Under the pieces are notes generated by a model. The model saw only the letters and a list, made by a program, of their open reading frames with translations, was not told the origin of the DNA and made no database searches. Shown in pieces: positions 10,253 through 20,452 of a stretch of 64,000 nucleotides of DNA. The translations under genes were made by a program, and so were the position numbers. The DNA is from Natronomonas sp. (lineage in GTDB: Archaea > Halobacteriota > Halobacteria > Halobacteriales > Haloarculaceae): the NCBI RefSeq assembly GCF_046483325.1, contig NZ_JAWODL010000031.1:495-64494 (forward strand), read 5' to 3'. Each line of letters begins with the position of its first letter. The first letter of the stretch is position 1.

Positions 10253-10942
10253 TCACGATCGTTGACTCCGTGAAGCGACCACGTCGAGGCCCGGGCTGTA
10301 GTAGTACACCGGCTCCGCATCCGGTCGACCGAAGCCGTTCGCCGAAAGGAGCGTGTCCGTCTCGATCTCGGCGGTCGCCGGATAAAGCGTCCACGGCTCG
10401 TGCTCGACGTCAGTGTACCGTATCGTCCCGTCTTGGGCCTCGGTGTAGAACCGATAGCGCTCGACGAGGAACTCACCGAACGGGTCGTCGGGTGCCGAGA
10501 ACGGTTCGTCGGTCGGCCAGTAGATTCCCTCGTATTGCGCCGGCCGGGCTCCCGGATGTCTGCGACGGCTCGTGAATCGTACGCGCCCGTCCGTCCACTC
10601 CAATGCGATTCGCGCGTAGTAGTATGGGAGGTGATGAAACAGACGGGCACCGAGAACGCTCGCGAGACCCTGCGCGTCGAGGCTGAAGAAGTAGACGCTC
10701 CGAACGCCGTCGTGAGTGACGTACGTCCTGACGTTGAGTTCGGGCAGTCGAACTCCGAGCGCTTCGGGAACGCCTGCGGGCCGGACGGCGACGTTCGTGA
10801 ACGGCACGACCGAGAGCCACGCCGAACCGTCGTACACGTCCGAAGTGAGCCCGGCGGGGAGGTGGGCGTCCGCTATCGCGGGATCGATCGGCCAGTTCTC
10901 GAACAGGAGGTGTCGCCACCCCATCGCTAGGGGGAAAACCAT
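10253..10942 (-). CDS. YqjF/DUF2071 family protein
   Basis: WRHLLFENW, ELNVRTYV, GVYFFSLDA-like, FLVERY, VEHEPW. Confidence 0.8.
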   Translation of the reverse strand: MVFPLAMGWRHLLFENWPIDPAIADAHLPAGLTSDVYDGSAWLSVVPFTNVAVRPAGVPEALGVRLPELNVRTYVTHDGVRSVYFFSLDAQGLASVLGARLFHHLPYYYARIALEWTDGRVRFTSRRRHPGARPAQYEGIYWPTDEPFSAPDDPFGEFLVERYRFYTEAQDGTIRYTDVEHEPWTLYPATAEIETDTLLSANGFGRPDAEPVYYYSPGLDVVASRSQRS

Positions 10943-11007
10943 GCGCTCACTTCGCCGTCCGCGAGCAAATCCCTTTTGTCCGCCGTCGTCCGAGAACGCA
11001 GTCGCGA

Positions 11008-11367
11008 TCAGTTGAGCAGGCCGCCGATCGCGCCGCCGATCGCGCTGTCGATCGCGAGCAAGAGAGCGATCACCGCCCCGACGGCGAAGACGCTGAATCC
11101 GCCAAGGAAGCCGAATGGACCGCTGATCGCGACGCCGGTGATGGTGACGACGATCGCGAGGAGGACGGCGACGACCAGTCCGCCCAGTGCGCCGGCGAGT
11201 AGCCCGTGCCATGCGCCGCTTCCGACTCCGCCGTCCGCGAGGTACCCGGCGACGAATCCGCCGATGAGGCCCGCACCGGCGTGGCCGATGACCGGGATCG
11301 CGAAGGCGAAGACGCTCACGACGACCCCGACCAGAAATCCGACCGACACCGCTTTCCAATCAGTCAT
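11008..11367 (-). CDS. Small membrane protein (DUF5518-like)
   Basis: WKAVSVG start, Gly-rich helices, GAWHGLLAG. Confidence 0.65.
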   Translation of the reverse strand: MTDWKAVSVGFLVGVVVSVFAFAIPVIGHAGAGLIGGFVAGYLADGGVGSGAWHGLLAGALGGLVVAVLLAIVVTITGVAISGPFGFLGGFSVFAVGAVIALLLAIDSAIGGAIGGLLN

Positions 11368-11432
11368 ATCCGCCGTAGGCTGAGCGGACGGATATGTTTG
11401 CCGGCCTCTTCGCTCGATGGGGCCGTTTTCGA

Positions 11433-12083
11433 TCACTCGATGAGCATCTCGTCGCGGGCGGCGAGCCGAGAGCGGGGGAAGGCGTACCGGGGTCGATCCT
11501 CGATGTCGGCGTCGGGATCACCGCTGAACGGGTAGACTACCTCGACGACCGGAGCGTCCGCCGGATAGCCGTCGTTCTTCGGGTACTCCGCGACGGTACA
11601 GTCGGCGGCCTCGACGTAGCGTTCGGCGGCCGTCTCGTCGGTCATCCGGTAGACGACGACGGTGTCGCCGGTTTCGCGATCCGTGGCGATATCGCTGCGT
11701 CCGAGTCGGCAGTCGTCGCAGACGGGTATCGCCGTCGATTCGGGAACGAACGACGGGCGGCGACAGACCGCACAGTCGGCGAGGCGTCGCCCCGGTGGTG
11801 GGACCCGTCGCTCCGTGACTTCGATCGCGACGCGCCGGAGGTGTTTACAGCGTTCACCGCGGATCTCGTGGTCCGGACAGCTACATTCGCTCGCCGACAG
11901 GTCGACGACGTACGTCGCTCCGGAGGCGCTGTCGACGGCGTATCGCCCGCGACCGAGCGGTCGAACGGCCATCGGTTCGGTCCAGGCTCTGGCAGCCCGA
12001 GCGTCGAGCCGCTCCGTATCGGGCGATAGCGGCCGGCGAGCCGGCGAGTCCGATGACGCGGGTGTGTATGCTGGATGCGTCAT
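11433..12083 (-). CDS. SWIM zinc-finger protein
   Basis: ECSCPD...CKH SWIM motif plus CxxC...CxxC. Confidence 0.8.
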   Translation of the reverse strand: MTHPAYTPASSDSPARRPLSPDTERLDARAARAWTEPMAVRPLGRGRYAVDSASGATYVVDLSASECSCPDHEIRGERCKHLRRVAIEVTERRVPPPGRRLADCAVCRRPSFVPESTAIPVCDDCRLGRSDIATDRETGDTVVVYRMTDETAAERYVEAADCTVAEYPKNDGYPADAPVVEVVYPFSGDPDADIEDRPRYAFPRSRLAARDEMLIE

Positions 12084-12199
12084 TGTATATAAATACACGT
12101 GCTCGACGGTATTGAGCCGTTCGGCGAACCGTATCCGCACGAAGGCGGCGCCTTCGGCCGAACATAAACCGTTATCTAATAGACACGCTATGACGTGTC

Positions 12200-12472
12200 A
12201 TGGATACGTTGCCGTCCATTCAGGACGGTCTTACCCCGCTCGTGACGTACGCGATCGAGGACGACGAGACTGTCGTCGAGGCCATCGTCCGGGCATTCGG
12301 TGCCGCCGGCGTGGATACGTACGACCGCGACGAGCCGTTGTACGATTGGGTCCCGATCGACTGTCTCGAACGGTTCGATTGGGACTCGGGACGACCGCTC
12401 CGCGTTTCGACGATCATCTGGGACCATCCGACGATCATCACCGACGAGAGCGTCGAAGTCTACGACGATTGA
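12200..12472 (+). CDS. HalOD1 output-domain protein
   Basis: [21 protein letters not shown] pattern, beta-rich C-terminus. Confidence 0.7.
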   Translation: MDTLPSIQDGLTPLVTYAIEDDETVVEAIVRAFGAAGVDTYDRDEPLYDWVPIDCLERFDWDSGRPLRVSTIIWDHPTIITDESVEVYDD

Positions 12473-13959
12473 GTCCCGGGATCTTCGCTCTCGGGCCCGA
12501 GCGACAGCACGTCGACGCCGTCGGGGAGCCGCCGGAGCGCCGAGTCCGGCCAATCCCACTGAGCCACGCTGAACTCGGTGTCGGGGTTTGCTTCCACCAA
12601 CGTGACAACGCCGTCGGCGGCCGCCTCGTACCCGGCTCGATCGAGCCGCTCGGGCCGTTCGACCGTTAGCGGATAGCTATCGGAGAGGGCGGGTGGAACG
12701 GGGCCGAACGGCGGGTTGAGCCGCCACGTCTCGTCGAAGCGGCCGTTGTCGTCACCCGCCGAGAGCAACACCCGATCGCACTCGACCGAGAGCCGCGAGA
12801 GGCGGTCGTGATGCCTGTGGACTTCCGGTCGGCGTGCCGAGTCGGCGGAGAGGTAAAAAAACGATCCCTTCGAGACGGGATCGGCCCGTTCGAGCGCGGC
12901 CGAATCGTCGAGCAGCGCCCGGTAGCCGTCGACCATCGCCGGGTGATTCCGCGCGCGTCGTTCGAGCAACTCGAAGAGGTTCCCCTCGCGGATGGCCTGT
13001 TTCACCGTCCGAAGCTCCCTGTAGCTGACGTGGAGGTTGTGTCGGGCCAACAGCTCTTCGCGCCGATCCGCCGGCAGCGATCGGAGCGATTCGGGCGTGT
13101 GCTCAGCACACACGTGACACGAGCAGGGGAAGTAGTCGAGATCGTCGAGGTGGTCGGTGCCGGCGACGGTGAGATAGCGGCCGTCGCGAGCGTAGAGCGC
13201 GTAGGCGGCCGAGTCGAACAGGTCGCAGCCGGCGGCGACCGCGAGCGCGAACATCATCGGGTGGCCGGCTCCGAAGAGGTGGACCGGTGCGTCCGCTCCG
13301 AGCCCGCGCTTTGCGGCCCGGACGACGTCGACCATCTCGGCGTAGCGGTAGCCGTTCATCAGCGGGACGACGGCTCCGACCGGGAACACGTCGAGGTTTG
13401 TCCCGTACGCGTGTGCCGCGGCCGATTCACGGAGGTCGGGATACGTCGAGCCCTGAATCGGTGCATTGACCAGCATCTCGCCGACGTCGACCGATCGGGC
13501 GGCGTCGAGCCTCGATTTCGTCGTCTCCAGTTCCGATTCGGCTCGTTCGCGCGACACGCCCGGCGGGGTCGGGATGTCGATCGGCGTGCCAACGTGCGAG
13601 CCGATATCGCGTTGGAACTCGAGTATCTCGGCGTTCGTCACGGATATCTCGCCGTACTCGGAGAGCTGAAACGAGCCCGAATCGGTCATGATCGCCCCGG
13701 AGAAATCGTACAATTCGGCGAGTCCGTCCTCGAGCGCCCGCTCCCGGAACTCATCGCTCTTGTACAGGATGTACCCGTTCGTGATGAGGATCTCCGCGTC
13801 GAACTCCGATTCGAGGGTCGCGGGCTCTACGGTTCGGAGATGCGGATTGATGACCGGCAACAGCGCCGGCGTTTCGACGGTCACGCCAGCACGGGGGACG
13901 GTCAACTCGCCGATCCTCCCGGCGCCGTCGGCGTCCCGAAGCTCGAAGATCTCACGCAT
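12460..13959 (-). CDS. tgtA: 7-cyano-7-deazaguanine tRNA-ribosyltransferase (archaeosine TGT)
   Basis: [37 protein letters not shown]-x-C-x2-C...H zinc site. Confidence 0.93.
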   Translation of the reverse strand: MREIFELRDADGAGRIGELTVPRAGVTVETPALLPVINPHLRTVEPATLESEFDAEILITNGYILYKSDEFRERALEDGLAELYDFSGAIMTDSGSFQLSEYGEISVTNAEILEFQRDIGSHVGTPIDIPTPPGVSRERAESELETTKSRLDAARSVDVGEMLVNAPIQGSTYPDLRESAAAHAYGTNLDVFPVGAVVPLMNGYRYAEMVDVVRAAKRGLGADAPVHLFGAGHPMMFALAVAAGCDLFDSAAYALYARDGRYLTVAGTDHLDDLDYFPCSCHVCAEHTPESLRSLPADRREELLARHNLHVSYRELRTVKQAIREGNLFELLERRARNHPAMVDGYRALLDDSAALERADPVSKGSFFYLSADSARRPEVHRHHDRLSRLSVECDRVLLSAGDDNGRFDETWRLNPPFGPVPPALSDSYPLTVERPERLDRAGYEAAADGVVTLVEANPDTEFSVAQWDWPDSALRRLPDGVDVLSLGPESEDPGTQSS

Positions 13960-14455
13960 TGGCGGGTCGACGGTGTCGGGAGGGATAAGCCGATTGAAAC
14001 CCGGTTGTCGCGGATCGTCCCTTCATTTCGGGTCGCAGCCAAAATACGCTCGGGGGTCTTTGTGTCGCTCCTCGAGCCTGCACCGGTAACGATCGACACG
14101 AAGCGGCTCCTCGATCGCCTGGCGTCCGATCGCGGCGCGGACTTCGAGTTCGGTTCCGACCCCACGAAGGGCGATCTCAGCGAAGCGGTCCGAGCGTTCG
14201 AAGCCGATTGACTCTACGGGCATCGGATCGCAAGACAGCGTCTCGGTCCGTACTTCGTCGCGAACGACCGGTACGGCAAGCGCGAACTTGATCTCATCGA
14301 GGAGGTCGTCCACGAGGAGTACGCTGACCTCGACACGTGCGTTCGAACCCGACGCTTCGAGTGCAGTCGGCTTCGGGGCGGCTGTAGGGGATCCCGATGG
14401 GGCGTTCTCGATCCGGATGCCAAACGCATAAGACGACCGATCGCCACCCTCCTGT

Positions 14456-14734
14456 ATGGAATGGCGACTCTTCGCGAACCTCGCAGAGGCCGCCGGCACC
14501 AAGCGCGCCGAGGTCGACGCGGCGGCCGGTGACACGCTCGGCGACGCCTTCGAACAACTCCTCGGTGGTCATCCCGACCTCGAACCCATCGTCGTCGACG
14601 CCGACGGCGACCTCCGAGAGCACATCCGCCTGTTGCACAACGGCGACGATCCGTTTACCGGCGGCGAGGGGTTCGACACCGTCCTCGAGACCGACGACCA
14701 ACTCGCGCTGTTCCCGCCCGTCAGCGGCGGGTGA
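14456..14734 (+). CDS. samp1: Ubiquitin-like small archaeal modifier protein, SAMP1/MoaD type
   Basis: MEWRLFA start and ALFPPVSGG di-glycine C-terminus. Confidence 0.88.
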   Translation: MEWRLFANLAEAAGTKRAEVDAAAGDTLGDAFEQLLGGHPDLEPIVVDADGDLREHIRLLHNGDDPFTGGEGFDTVLETDDQLALFPPVSGG

Positions 14735-14800
14735 AGATAACTCAAGGGATCGTTTGACGTTTCGGAAGCGATTCACCATCCGAGCATCTGCGTACCGATC

Positions 14801-15925
14801 ATGCCCTCCAATAGACGGACGTTGCTTCGACGTACCGCGGCCGGCCTCATCGCCGCGTTCGCTGGCTGTCTCGGCCGAAACGGACCGGACGACGGCGGGA
14901 ACGGCGACGATCCGGACGACGGCGTCGACGCGTCGGAGACGATCCCGTTCGTCACGCACACCACCTCTCCGTGGTGGCACGGCGAGGACGACATCGGTCG
15001 GGTTATCCTCGTCGACGACAGCGAGCGTCAACGAGCCGTCCTCGGCCGATACGACCTTTCCGAGTCGCGACGGGAGGATCTCCGGGCGTTCCTCTCGGGG
15101 ATCGACTACGAAACCGAACGCCTCCTGTCGGTCGAGTCGGTGGGACCGAACGCCTGCCACGATGAACTCGAGATCGATTCGGTTCGCGTCGGGAACGACG
15201 ACCTCCTCGCGGACGCGGTCGTCGTCGATTCGAGCGACGGCTCGACCGGCTGTGCCGAGGTGATCACGTTCCCATCGTCGCTCGCCAGAGTCGCTTTCGA
15301 TAGCGCACCGCCCGACGAGGCGACCGTCGAGTTGACCGACGGCTGGGGTGAAACGGCGACCGTACGGGCCACCAGCGACGACCCGATCGGCCCCGATCTC
15401 GACTCGCTCGACGGTGTCGTTCGGCCGGACGGTGACCCGGAGCCGATCGCCGCCTTAGAGTGTGACGAGGAGGGGGTCGAGCGACACTATTCGGGGTTCG
15501 ACAGCGACGACCTCGCGTGGGGAACCGTCGAACGCGACGACGACCCGATCCTCGCGCTGCGGATCGATCACCCCGACTACGAGTACGGCGACGAGGCTCG
15601 CGTTCGACTGACGAACGTCGCCGACCGACCGATCGAAACCGGCAACGACGCGAAATACAACCTGCAGGCGTACACCGAAGCCGGCTGGCAGGACGTGAGA
15701 GTCAGCGACGAGAATCGTCCGTTCGCCTACACCGACGAGGCGATCGGTCACGCTCCTGGTGACGGCTTCGAGTGGTCGTTCGGGCTGACCGAAGACGGTA
15801 TCGAAGCGACGTCGACGCACGACCACGCACGGGTCTGTCCGGATCTCCAGTCGGGTCGGTATCGCTTCGTCTTTTGGGGTGTGATCGGCGGATCGGCGGC
15901 CGTCGGCTTCGACCTTCGGCGGTGA
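14801..15925 (+). CDS. Tat-exported lipoprotein of unknown function
   Basis: NRRTLLRR twin-arginine, FAGC lipobox, acidic composition. Confidence 0.75.
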   Translation: MPSNRRTLLRRTAAGLIAAFAGCLGRNGPDDGGNGDDPDDGVDASETIPFVTHTTSPWWHGEDDIGRVILVDDSERQRAVLGRYDLSESRREDLRAFLSGIDYETERLLSVESVGPNACHDELEIDSVRVGNDDLLADAVVVDSSDGSTGCAEVITFPSSLARVAFDSAPPDEATVELTDGWGETATVRATSDDPIGPDLDSLDGVVRPDGDPEPIAALECDEEGVERHYSGFDSDDLAWGTVERDDDPILALRIDHPDYEYGDEARVRLTNVADRPIETGNDAKYNLQAYTEAGWQDVRVSDENRPFAYTDEAIGHAPGDGFEWSFGLTEDGIEATSTHDHARVCPDLQSGRYRFVFWGVIGGSAAVGFDLRR

Positions 15926-15956
15926 ACGGTTCGATTCGACGACCGCCGGCGTCGGA

Positions 15957-16265
15957 TCACTCGATGTCAGCGTCGATGCCGACCGTTCCGGCTGTCGATC
16001 CGGGGAGGGTTCGCTCTTCGATCGTCACGGTGACCTCGTCCCCGCCGGTGATTCGGACGTCGTACCCGGCGTAGACGAACTCCGTCGTGATCGCCGGGGA
16101 TTTCGTTCGTCCCCGAGCGAACAGTTTATCGAGCGCGTCGGGATCGACGTAGTAGTACAGCGGTGGGAGGACCGTCGTATCGACGTGTGCCGCGTCCGCC
16201 ACGGCTTCGATCAGGGTTTCGCTGACGGTGGTCTCGCCGTCCACGTTCATATCGGGAACCATGAG
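15957..16265 (-). CDS. HalOD1 output-domain protein
   Basis: VSETLIEAVA, LPPLYYYVDPDALDKLF, EFVYAGYDVRI. Confidence 0.8.
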   Translation of the reverse strand, partial: LMVPDMNVDGETTVSETLIEAVADAAHVDTTVLPPLYYYVDPDALDKLFARGRTKSPAITTEFVYAGYDVRITGGDEVTVTIEERTLPGSTAGTVGIDADIE

Positions 16266-16661
16266 TGTCACCGTTTCGAATACGTACTCTGTAGGTAAAA
16301 CGATTTAGCTCGAAGATGCTGTACTATCTCGCTCATATCCGCGTTCGATGTGTGTTTTCAAGCGTACGTTCCGCAATTGCTACATTTTCATACCGCGTCG
16401 GAGAACATCGGGATTAACTATCTCTGCGGTCGGCAAAAGCCCGGTCGCAGAGGCGCACCCGTAGGCGTGCGTTCGAACGGCGGGACGTTGAAGCTGAATG
16501 GCGAGTATCCGTCTGGCCTTCTATCGGGTTAGAACGGGAGTTCACGCTGAATGCTACACTCTTCAGAGCGTGGCAGCTTGCTCTCGAATGGCACGCCGCG
16601 ATCGCCGGACTCGTCCGGTTTCGACCGTGCGGGGAAAAAACGCGTCTATCGGACCGCCCGC

Positions 16662-18602
16662 TTAGTCGTCTGCGGGGGCTGCCGAATCGCCGGCGGAGAC
16701 GCCGGTTCCCGGTCCGACGTCGATGTCGAGCTCGTCGAGTTTCTCGTCGGTAACGACGCCGTCGACCCAGCCGCGGACGTCGTAGTACTCGGCTTTCATC
16801 TCGTCGAGTTCGACGAGGCTGCCGTCGACGCCGCCCTGTCCGGGCACCGCGCCCTCGGCACCCTCGACGAACCGCGCGGGAAGATCGTCGTCCGCCCCGT
16901 CGAAGCCGTTGAGGTTGTTGTAGTAGCGCTCGAGGGCGTAGATACGCTCACCGGTGGTCATCAGTTCGTCCTCGGTCACGTCCCGGCCGGTCATGCCGTT
17001 GTACTGAAGGACGTACTCCTCGATGCCTTCCGCGAAGGCGTTGAATTTACAGATATCGAAGCTGTCGGAGATCGAGTGCAGATCCTGGAACAGCGCGGTG
17101 AGCTCACCCTTGCCCTCCCATTCGACGGGGTCGACCTTCTCGGGGATGCCCAAGATCTCCGCCGATGGCGTGTAGCCGCGCAGGTGGCACGCGCCACGGT
17201 TCGAGGTCGCGAAGGCGATACCCATGCCCTTCATACAGCGGGGGTCGTAGGCGGCGATCGTCTGGCCCTTCACCGCGAGGGAGTTGTCGTGGGCGTCCAT
17301 GCGCTCTGCGACGCGGCGTGGCCCCTCGGCGAGGAGGTCGGCGAGGTCGCCGTCGCGGTTCGCGACCTTCGTGAGCATCTCGATCATCTCTTCGGAGTCG
17401 CCCCAGTCGATCCCCTCGCCGAGGTCGTCGAGTTTGCCCTCCTCGGTCATCTCCATGGCCATCGCGAGCATGTTGCCCGCCTCGATGGTGTCCATGCCGT
17501 GGTCGTTACAGCGTTGGAGCATGAGCGCGATTTCGTCGCGGTCGGTGTGCCCGGCGTTCGGCCCGAGCGCCCACGCCGATTCGTACTCGTAGGACTCCGT
17601 GCGAACGTTCATCTCCTCGCCTTTGTGCATCACGTCGACTTCGACTTCCTTCTTGCAGGCGACGGGACAGGAGTGACAGGTCGGTTCGTCGACGAGGATG
17701 TTCTCGCGGACGTTCTCCCCGGAGACCTTCTCGGCGTCGAAGCTCTCGTCACTGTAGCCGCCATCGCGGGCGTCGCCGGTCGAGGTGAACTTGCCGTTTT
17801 TCGTCGGGAGCCCGGACATCTCCTCTGTGGCGTTCATGAGGACGTTCGTGCCGTACAGCGAGAGGCCGCCCTCGTTGGGCGCGGTCACGTCGGACTCCTG
17901 AATGAGCTGCATGGCCTGTTTGTGACCTTTTTTGAACGTCTCTGGATCCGCGGGTTTCGGCATCTTCGTCCTGGATTTGACGACGACGGCTTTGAGATTC
18001 TTCGAGCCCATGACGCAGCCGGTGCCGCCGCGACCCGAGGCGCGGTCGTCCTCGTTCATGATGCAGGCGTATCGAACGCCGTTTTCGCCGGCCTCACCGA
18101 TGCCCATCACGGAGAGGTTCTTGCCGTAGGCGCCGTCGACTTCGGCTTCGAGCGTATCGCGCGTCTCGTGGAAGCCCATCCCCCACAGGTGGGAGGCGTC
18201 GCGCAACTCGACTTCGCCGTCCTCGACGACGGCGTAGACGGGGTCGTCCGCTTTTCCCTCGAACAGGAGGCCGTCGAAGCCGGCCCACTTGAGTCGGGCG
18301 CCGGACCAGCCGCCGTGGTGGGAGTCGGTGACGGTGCCGGTCAGCGGTGACTTGGTACAGACGGCGATCCGGCCGCTCATCGTCACTTGTGACCCCGTCA
18401 GTGGGCCGTTCATGAACGCGAGGAGGTTCTCGGGTTCGAGCGGATCGACGTCGGGGCCCTGGTCGAAAACGTATTTGACGCCGAGACCGCGCGCGCCGAT
18501 ATACTTCTCCGCGTCTTCTTGATCGATGCTCTCGTAGTCGACGCTCGCCTCGGAGAGGTCGACGCGAGCGACGTGGTCGTGGAATCCGCCTAAATCGGTC
18601 AT
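16662..18602 (-). CDS. aor: Aldehyde:ferredoxin oxidoreductase (W/Mo-pterin)
   Basis: KSPLTG, SGRGGTGCVMGSKNLKA, CHSCPVAC, EYES, GMDTIEAG, RGACHL. Confidence 0.92.
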   Translation of the reverse strand: MTDLGGFHDHVARVDLSEASVDYESIDQEDAEKYIGARGLGVKYVFDQGPDVDPLEPENLLAFMNGPLTGSQVTMSGRIAVCTKSPLTGTVTDSHHGGWSGARLKWAGFDGLLFEGKADDPVYAVVEDGEVELRDASHLWGMGFHETRDTLEAEVDGAYGKNLSVMGIGEAGENGVRYACIMNEDDRASGRGGTGCVMGSKNLKAVVVKSRTKMPKPADPETFKKGHKQAMQLIQESDVTAPNEGGLSLYGTNVLMNATEEMSGLPTKNGKFTSTGDARDGGYSDESFDAEKVSGENVRENILVDEPTCHSCPVACKKEVEVDVMHKGEEMNVRTESYEYESAWALGPNAGHTDRDEIALMLQRCNDHGMDTIEAGNMLAMAMEMTEEGKLDDLGEGIDWGDSEEMIEMLTKVANRDGDLADLLAEGPRRVAERMDAHDNSLAVKGQTIAAYDPRCMKGMGIAFATSNRGACHLRGYTPSAEILGIPEKVDPVEWEGKGELTALFQDLHSISDSFDICKFNAFAEGIEEYVLQYNGMTGRDVTEDELMTTGERIYALERYYNNLNGFDGADDDLPARFVEGAEGAVPGQGGVDGSLVELDEMKAEYYDVRGWVDGVVTDEKLDELDIDVGPGTGVSAGDSAAPADD

Positions 18603-18767
18603 GATAGTGTTCAACACTAGCTAGTAGTGCGCTACTGTGGTAATAGTTGCTACCTCCACGTAACCGGAATAGATTACTCGCCGGTTCGAGCAGATCGAGC
18701 GTAGCCGCGTTCGCCTGTCCGATTGCGGAATCGTCGTCTTGAAACGCTCGCGTGCGTAGTGGTGGGC

Positions 18768-19178
18768 GTGACACACATTTCGCCGCTCCCGCGGTCGCTC
18801 CGATACGTCGGTGCGATCGGCTGTGCGATCGTGATTCTCTATGGGTCGGTCATTGACCCCGGCGACGGAGTCCCGCGGACGCTCTTCGGGATCGGCTTCA
18901 CCGTCTACCTGCACTTCATCGCCTACGCCGGCTTCACGGGTGCTCTCTGCTACGCCGTGCTCTCGACTGATCGTCGAACGCTTCTCGTCGCCGCGACGGT
19001 TGCGGCGCTGTACGGTATCGCGGTCGAACTCGTTCAAGCGACGATCCCCTATCGGACGATGTCCGCGCTGGATATACTGATAAACGCGGCCGGAGCGACG
19101 GCGGGCGCGGCGTGGTGGTGGCTCGTCGCGCCGTGGTTCGGTGCCGACGGGGGCGACCAACAGACCGCCGAGGCGTAG
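18768..19178 (+). CDS. VanZ-like membrane protein (start uncertain, 18723-18768)
   Basis: HFIAYAG, ELVQATIPYR, DILINAAG. Confidence 0.75.
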   Translation: MTHISPLPRSLRYVGAIGCAIVILYGSVIDPGDGVPRTLFGIGFTVYLHFIAYAGFTGALCYAVLSTDRRTLLVAATVAALYGIAVELVQATIPYRTMSALDILINAAGATAGAAWWWLVAPWFGADGGDQQTAEA

Positions 19179-19229
19179 TCCGACGGGGCTTTCGACACGG
19201 ATTTACGGCCCGCCCGGTTAGTTCGGCCA

Positions 19230-20306
19230 ATGAGTCAGCCGACGCCGGAGGTTTACGAGACGGGGCGGGGGATGGACGCCCACAACGAGGTGATGCGCGA
19301 GATCAGGGCGCGAAACGACCAGAGTTACGATCCAACGGAGCCGACCCGAGTGTGGCTCGACGAGGACAACACCCCCGACGGGGTACGAAACTCCCTCACG
19401 ATCATCCTCAACACCGGCGGCTGTCGGTGGGCCCGCGCGGGCGGCTGTACGATGTGCGGCTACGTCGCCGAATCGGTCGATGGGGGGAGCGTCGGTCACG
19501 GGAACTTGATGCGACAGATCGAGTACTGTCTCGACCACGAGGCGGACAACGACGACGAGGCCGCGGAACTCATCAAGATTTACACGTCCGGGTCGTTCCT
19601 CGACGAGCGGGAGGTCCCCGCCGAGACGCGCGATGCGATCGCCGAAACCTTCGCCGACCGCGAGCGGCTGGTCCTCGAATCGCTCCCCGATTTCGTCGAT
19701 CGCGAGAAACTCGCGGATTTCACCGATCAGGGCCTCGAAATCGACGTCGCGATCGGGCTCGAAACCGCGACCGACCGCGTCCGCCACGACAGCGTCAACA
19801 AGTACTTCGATTTCGCTGACTTCGAGGGGGCCTGTGCGGAGGCGCGAGCAGCCGGTGCGGGCGTGAAAGCGTATCTACTCATGAAACCGCCGTTTCTCGC
19901 CGAACCCGACGCCGCTGCGGACATGACGCGATCGATCCGCCGGTGTGCCGCCGTCGACGGCTGCCACACGGTCTCGATGAACCCCTGCAACGTCCAGCGG
20001 TACACGATGGTCGAGGAGCTGTATCACGACGGCGGCTATCGCCCGCCGTGGCTGTGGTCGGTCGCCGACATACTCGCGTCGACCGCCGACGAGGACGCGC
20101 TCGTCGTCTCCGACCCCGTCGGCCACGGCTCCGATCGCGGCCCGCACAACTGCGGGGAGTGCGACGATCTCGTCCAGCGGGCTATCAAGGACTTCAACCT
20201 CCGACAGGATCCATCGGTGTTCGAGGAGGTCTTCTGTGACTGTGAGGCGACGTGGCAATACGTGATGGGCGAGGAGACTGCGTACAACCAGCCGTTGGTA
20301 CGGTAA
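19230..20306 (+). CDS. raSEA: Archaeosine biosynthesis radical SAM protein RaSEA
   Basis: LNTGGCRWARAGGCTMCGY Cx7Cx2C, IYTSGSFLD, GLET, KAYLLMKP, YRPPWLWS. Confidence 0.88.
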   Translation: MSQPTPEVYETGRGMDAHNEVMREIRARNDQSYDPTEPTRVWLDEDNTPDGVRNSLTIILNTGGCRWARAGGCTMCGYVAESVDGGSVGHGNLMRQIEYCLDHEADNDDEAAELIKIYTSGSFLDEREVPAETRDAIAETFADRERLVLESLPDFVDREKLADFTDQGLEIDVAIGLETATDRVRHDSVNKYFDFADFEGACAEARAAGAGVKAYLLMKPPFLAEPDAAADMTRSIRRCAAVDGCHTVSMNPCNVQRYTMVEELYHDGGYRPPWLWSVADILASTADEDALVVSDPVGHGSDRGPHNCGECDDLVQRAIKDFNLRQDPSVFEEVFCDCEATWQYVMGEETAYNQPLVR

Positions 20307-20452
20307 CCTCCGCTTTCGAATGCGTTCGCTCCGATGGCTGGCGGCGAAAAGACAACCGTTATCCCGATAAATGAACATTCATTCACCATGAGCCCTCCCA
20401 ACGTCGCGACCCCCGATTCGGCGGATTCCGTGAGCGAGCGTGAGCCGACCGA

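Noticed and set aside
18605-18665. Short palindromes upstream of aor (ACTAGCTAGT, GGTA...TACC)
   Set aside because: Short or imperfect; could arise by chance and I cannot tie them to a known operator.
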